From Candidatus Binatia bacterium (lineage in GTDB: Bacteria > Desulfobacterota > Binatia > Bin18), in contig CAXXHG010000007.1 of NCBI GenBank assembly GCA_963666315.2, forward strand, positions 1 through 64,000: a stretch of DNA of 64,000 bases, given 5' to 3'. Position 1 is the first letter of the stretch, and each line of letters opens with the position of its first letter. Below are positions 61,896-64,000 of this stretch, piece after piece. The notes beneath the pieces are model-generated. The model was not told the DNA's origin. It saw nothing but the letters and a program-made list of their open reading frames with translations, and did no database searches. The translations under genes and the position numbers were made by a program.

Positions 61896-63272
61896 TCACA
61901 CAAAACGCAAGAAGAGAGTCAAAATTCCCAGAAAGGACAGAAAGCCGCAGATATCGGTACAGGCCGTCACAAACACGTTTGATGCCACGGCTGGATCAAT
62001 TCCCACGCGTCGCAGGGTGAGAGGGACGATACTGCCGACGAACGCGGCGACTATTAAGTTGACCATCAATGCCAGGGCCAAGACTATGCCGAGCGTTGGA
62101 TTGCCCTTCCACAAATAGGCTACGAATCCTGCAGCACAGCCGAGGGCCAGCCCGTTGCCCAGCGCAATCGTCAATTCTTTGACTAACACCCGTTTGGTCT
62201 GGGTCAGGGGCACTTCGCCTAACGCAATACCGCGCACAATGATGGTCAGCGTTTGAACCCCGGCATTACCGCCCTGGGCGGCAACAATTGTCATAAAGGC
62301 GGCGGCAATAGCGACTTGCTGAATCGTGCCTTCAAAAAAGGAAATGACTACAGCGCTCAGCGTGGTTGTGACCAGATTCAGGGCAAGCCACGGGAGGCGT
62401 AGGCGGATGGACTGCCAGGCCGAGTCAAGAACCTCTTCTTCTTCGTCAAGACCTGCCAGCTTGAAAATATCTTCGGTTGCTTCTTCTTCGAGTACATCAA
62501 CCACATCGTCAACGGTAATGCGTCCCAGCAGCAGGCCTTCGACGTCGACCACGGGCAGAGAAATAAGGTCGTATTTTTTGAACATGAGCGCGACCTGTTC
62601 CTGGTCGAGATCAGCACGGACCGAAATGACCTGTTGGTCCATGACGCTTTCAACCACATCACTCGGACGGGCGAGGATGAATTTACGCAGGGGCAGAACG
62701 CCGACAAGATGACGGGTTTGATTCACAATAAAAACGATATTGATGTCAGGGATGTCGTCGATACGACTGCGGATCATTTCAATGGCCTGGTCTATGCGGG
62801 TGCCTTGCGGCACGGCCATATACTCGACCTGCATAATCCCGCCTGCCGTATCGGGTGGATACTGCAAGAGCTGGGAGACTTCCTCAGACAGGTCCTGGGG
62901 CACCTCATCGAGGACGGCCTTGGCTCGTCGGGCAGAGAGTGAGGCGAGTAGATCTGCCGCGTCGTCGGAGTCAAGATATTCGACTAAATCGCCCAGTATG
63001 TCGTCAGACAGTCGCTCAACCAGCGTGTTTTTGGTGTGGGGGGAAACCAGGCTGAGGGCTGCTGCCGCATGGCGTAACTCCAGAAAAGCAAAGACTTTGT
63101 GTTTGACTTCGGGCTCTTCCAGAACGTTCAGCAGCTCCGCCGTATCCGCCGGATGCAGGCTCGCGACTCCGGTCCGCACGATCTCGTCTTGACCCAGCTC
63201 GGCTTGGATAACGAGGTGTTCCAAGGACGTGGGACGATCCGGAATTGGTGAGGAGGTCACTTGAATCGCCAT
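61896..63272 (-). CDS. mgtE: Magnesium transporter MgtE
   Basis: HPAD.A, DSDDAAD, TAGG.M, CBS pair, G.ITVDD, RLPWL, GGNAG.Q, DPA.AS..FVT..TD. Confidence 0.95.
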   Translation of the reverse strand: MAIQVTSSPIPDRPTSLEHLVIQAELGQDEIVRTGVASLHPADTAELLNVLEEPEVKHKVFAFLELRHAAAALSLVSPHTKNTLVERLSDDILGDLVEYLDSDDAADLLASLSARRAKAVLDEVPQDLSEEVSQLLQYPPDTAGGIMQVEYMAVPQGTRIDQAIEMIRSRIDDIPDINIVFIVNQTRHLVGVLPLRKFILARPSDVVESVMDQQVISVRADLDQEQVALMFKKYDLISLPVVDVEGLLLGRITVDDVVDVLEEEATEDIFKLAGLDEEEEVLDSAWQSIRLRLPWLALNLVTTTLSAVVISFFEGTIQQVAIAAAFMTIVAAQGGNAGVQTLTIIVRGIALGEVPLTQTKRVLVKELTIALGNGLALGCAAGFVAYLWKGNPTLGIVLALALMVNLIVAAFVGSIVPLTLRRVGIDPAVASNVFVTACTDICGFLSFLGILTLFLRFV

Positions 63273-63398
63273 AGCTATGTTCTCGTATAGGAATCGATCC
63301 GATGAGACGAGAGCGTACGTTCTTTTCTGCCGTCTTTGATGCGGGCGTGCAGTTCATACGGGGGTGCAGTGAAAAGAGTGCTCACGGCGGAGACAGGT

Positions 63399-64000
63399 CT
63401 AATACGGACCCCTTTGTATTTGTCCGTTCTCCGCTCTGACATCGGCAACCAAATGCACCGTTCCATCCGCGTGCGGTTGGGTGCGGACAAAGCCGAAATT
63501 GAACAGGTCGCCCTGTGCGTATAGTAGTGTTGGGTTGAGGGTTGGATCAAGTTGGGTTTGGGTCACGGCTGGAGCCATGCCGGCATTCAGTGGTCCAGTG
63601 ATCAGTTCATGAAAAATGAGCAGATCGCCGTCTCCGTCGGCATCAAGTGCGTATCGAATCTGGGCTGCAAAATGAACGTCGGTGGTGATAAAGACAATAT
63701 TGTTCACATTGGCTTCATCTAGGAAGTGTAGGAGATCTAGGAGTTCTCGCTCAAATCCAGTCTGACCCGTCTGGGCAGAAAAGTCCGGACTGTTTCCATT
63801 CGCCCAGCCATCTCGACCCAATATGTGGGCTAGGCTTCCGGTCGGAACAGACAGGGGGACATCGCTACTGACGATTTTCCAGGTCGCTTGTGAATCCTGA
63901 AGTTGCTGTTTCAGCCAAGCGAGTTGCGCCGAACCGAGTAGTGCCTTCTGGTGTGTTTGCGTATCGGCCAGATCGTTCCGGCCTCGATATGAGCGTGCAT
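63399..64000 (-). CDS. phoD: Alkaline phosphatase D family protein, C-terminal part (starts beyond the window)
   Basis: RSYRGRN...LLG.AQLAWLK..L..S.ATWKIV.SDVP, NIVFITTDVH, FHE...GPL.AG. Confidence 0.85.
   Translation of the reverse strand, partial: ARSYRGRNDLADTQTHQKALLGSAQLAWLKQQLQDSQATWKIVSSDVPLSVPTGSLAHILGRDGWANGNSPDFSAQTGQTGFERELLDLLHFLDEANVNNIVFITTDVHFAAQIRYALDADGDGDLLIFHELITGPLNAGMAPAVTQTQLDPTLNPTLLYAQGDLFNFGFVRTQPHADGTVHLVADVRAENGQIQRGPY

Overview
Bacterial chromosomal window, roughly 55-58% GC by eye, deltaproteobacteria-like (possibly Binatia; this is an impression, not an analysis). Left to right: (1) a complex I operon nuoA-C-D-E-H-J-K-L-M that cleanly lacks nuoB/F/G/I; (2) tRNA-Ser, SRP RNA, dnaX-ybaB-recR, tRNA-Asn; (3) accessory genes (IsdG-like monooxygenase with TldD/TldE, a stand-alone TubC-N-like protein, a flavin monooxygenase, a spondin protein, a decayed MacAB-TolC cluster, a frameshifted FG-GAP protein); (4) housekeeping genes (rlmE, SDR, NorD/CbbO-like vWA protein, ilvE, moeA, purE, murF, cca); (5) a Pho island (two porins, pstSCAB-phoU-phoB-phoR, several Pho-box arrays, mgtE, phoD). 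Inside the Pho island is the most unusual element, a ~13 kb plus-strand operon: secreted leader ORF, SulP, DabA/DUF2309 (beta-carbonic-anhydrase-like Zn motifs), Mrp subunits E,F,G,B',B,C,D, a NuoL/DabB-like subunit and a NuoM-like subunit. The L-like subunit has its lateral amphipathic helix expanded by exactly four extra 27-residue units relative to the canonical NuoL in the same window. This suggests an Mrp-coupled CO2/bicarbonate pump whose membrane arm length may be set by a tandem-repeat ruler. All calls come from motif recognition by eye; no searches were run.
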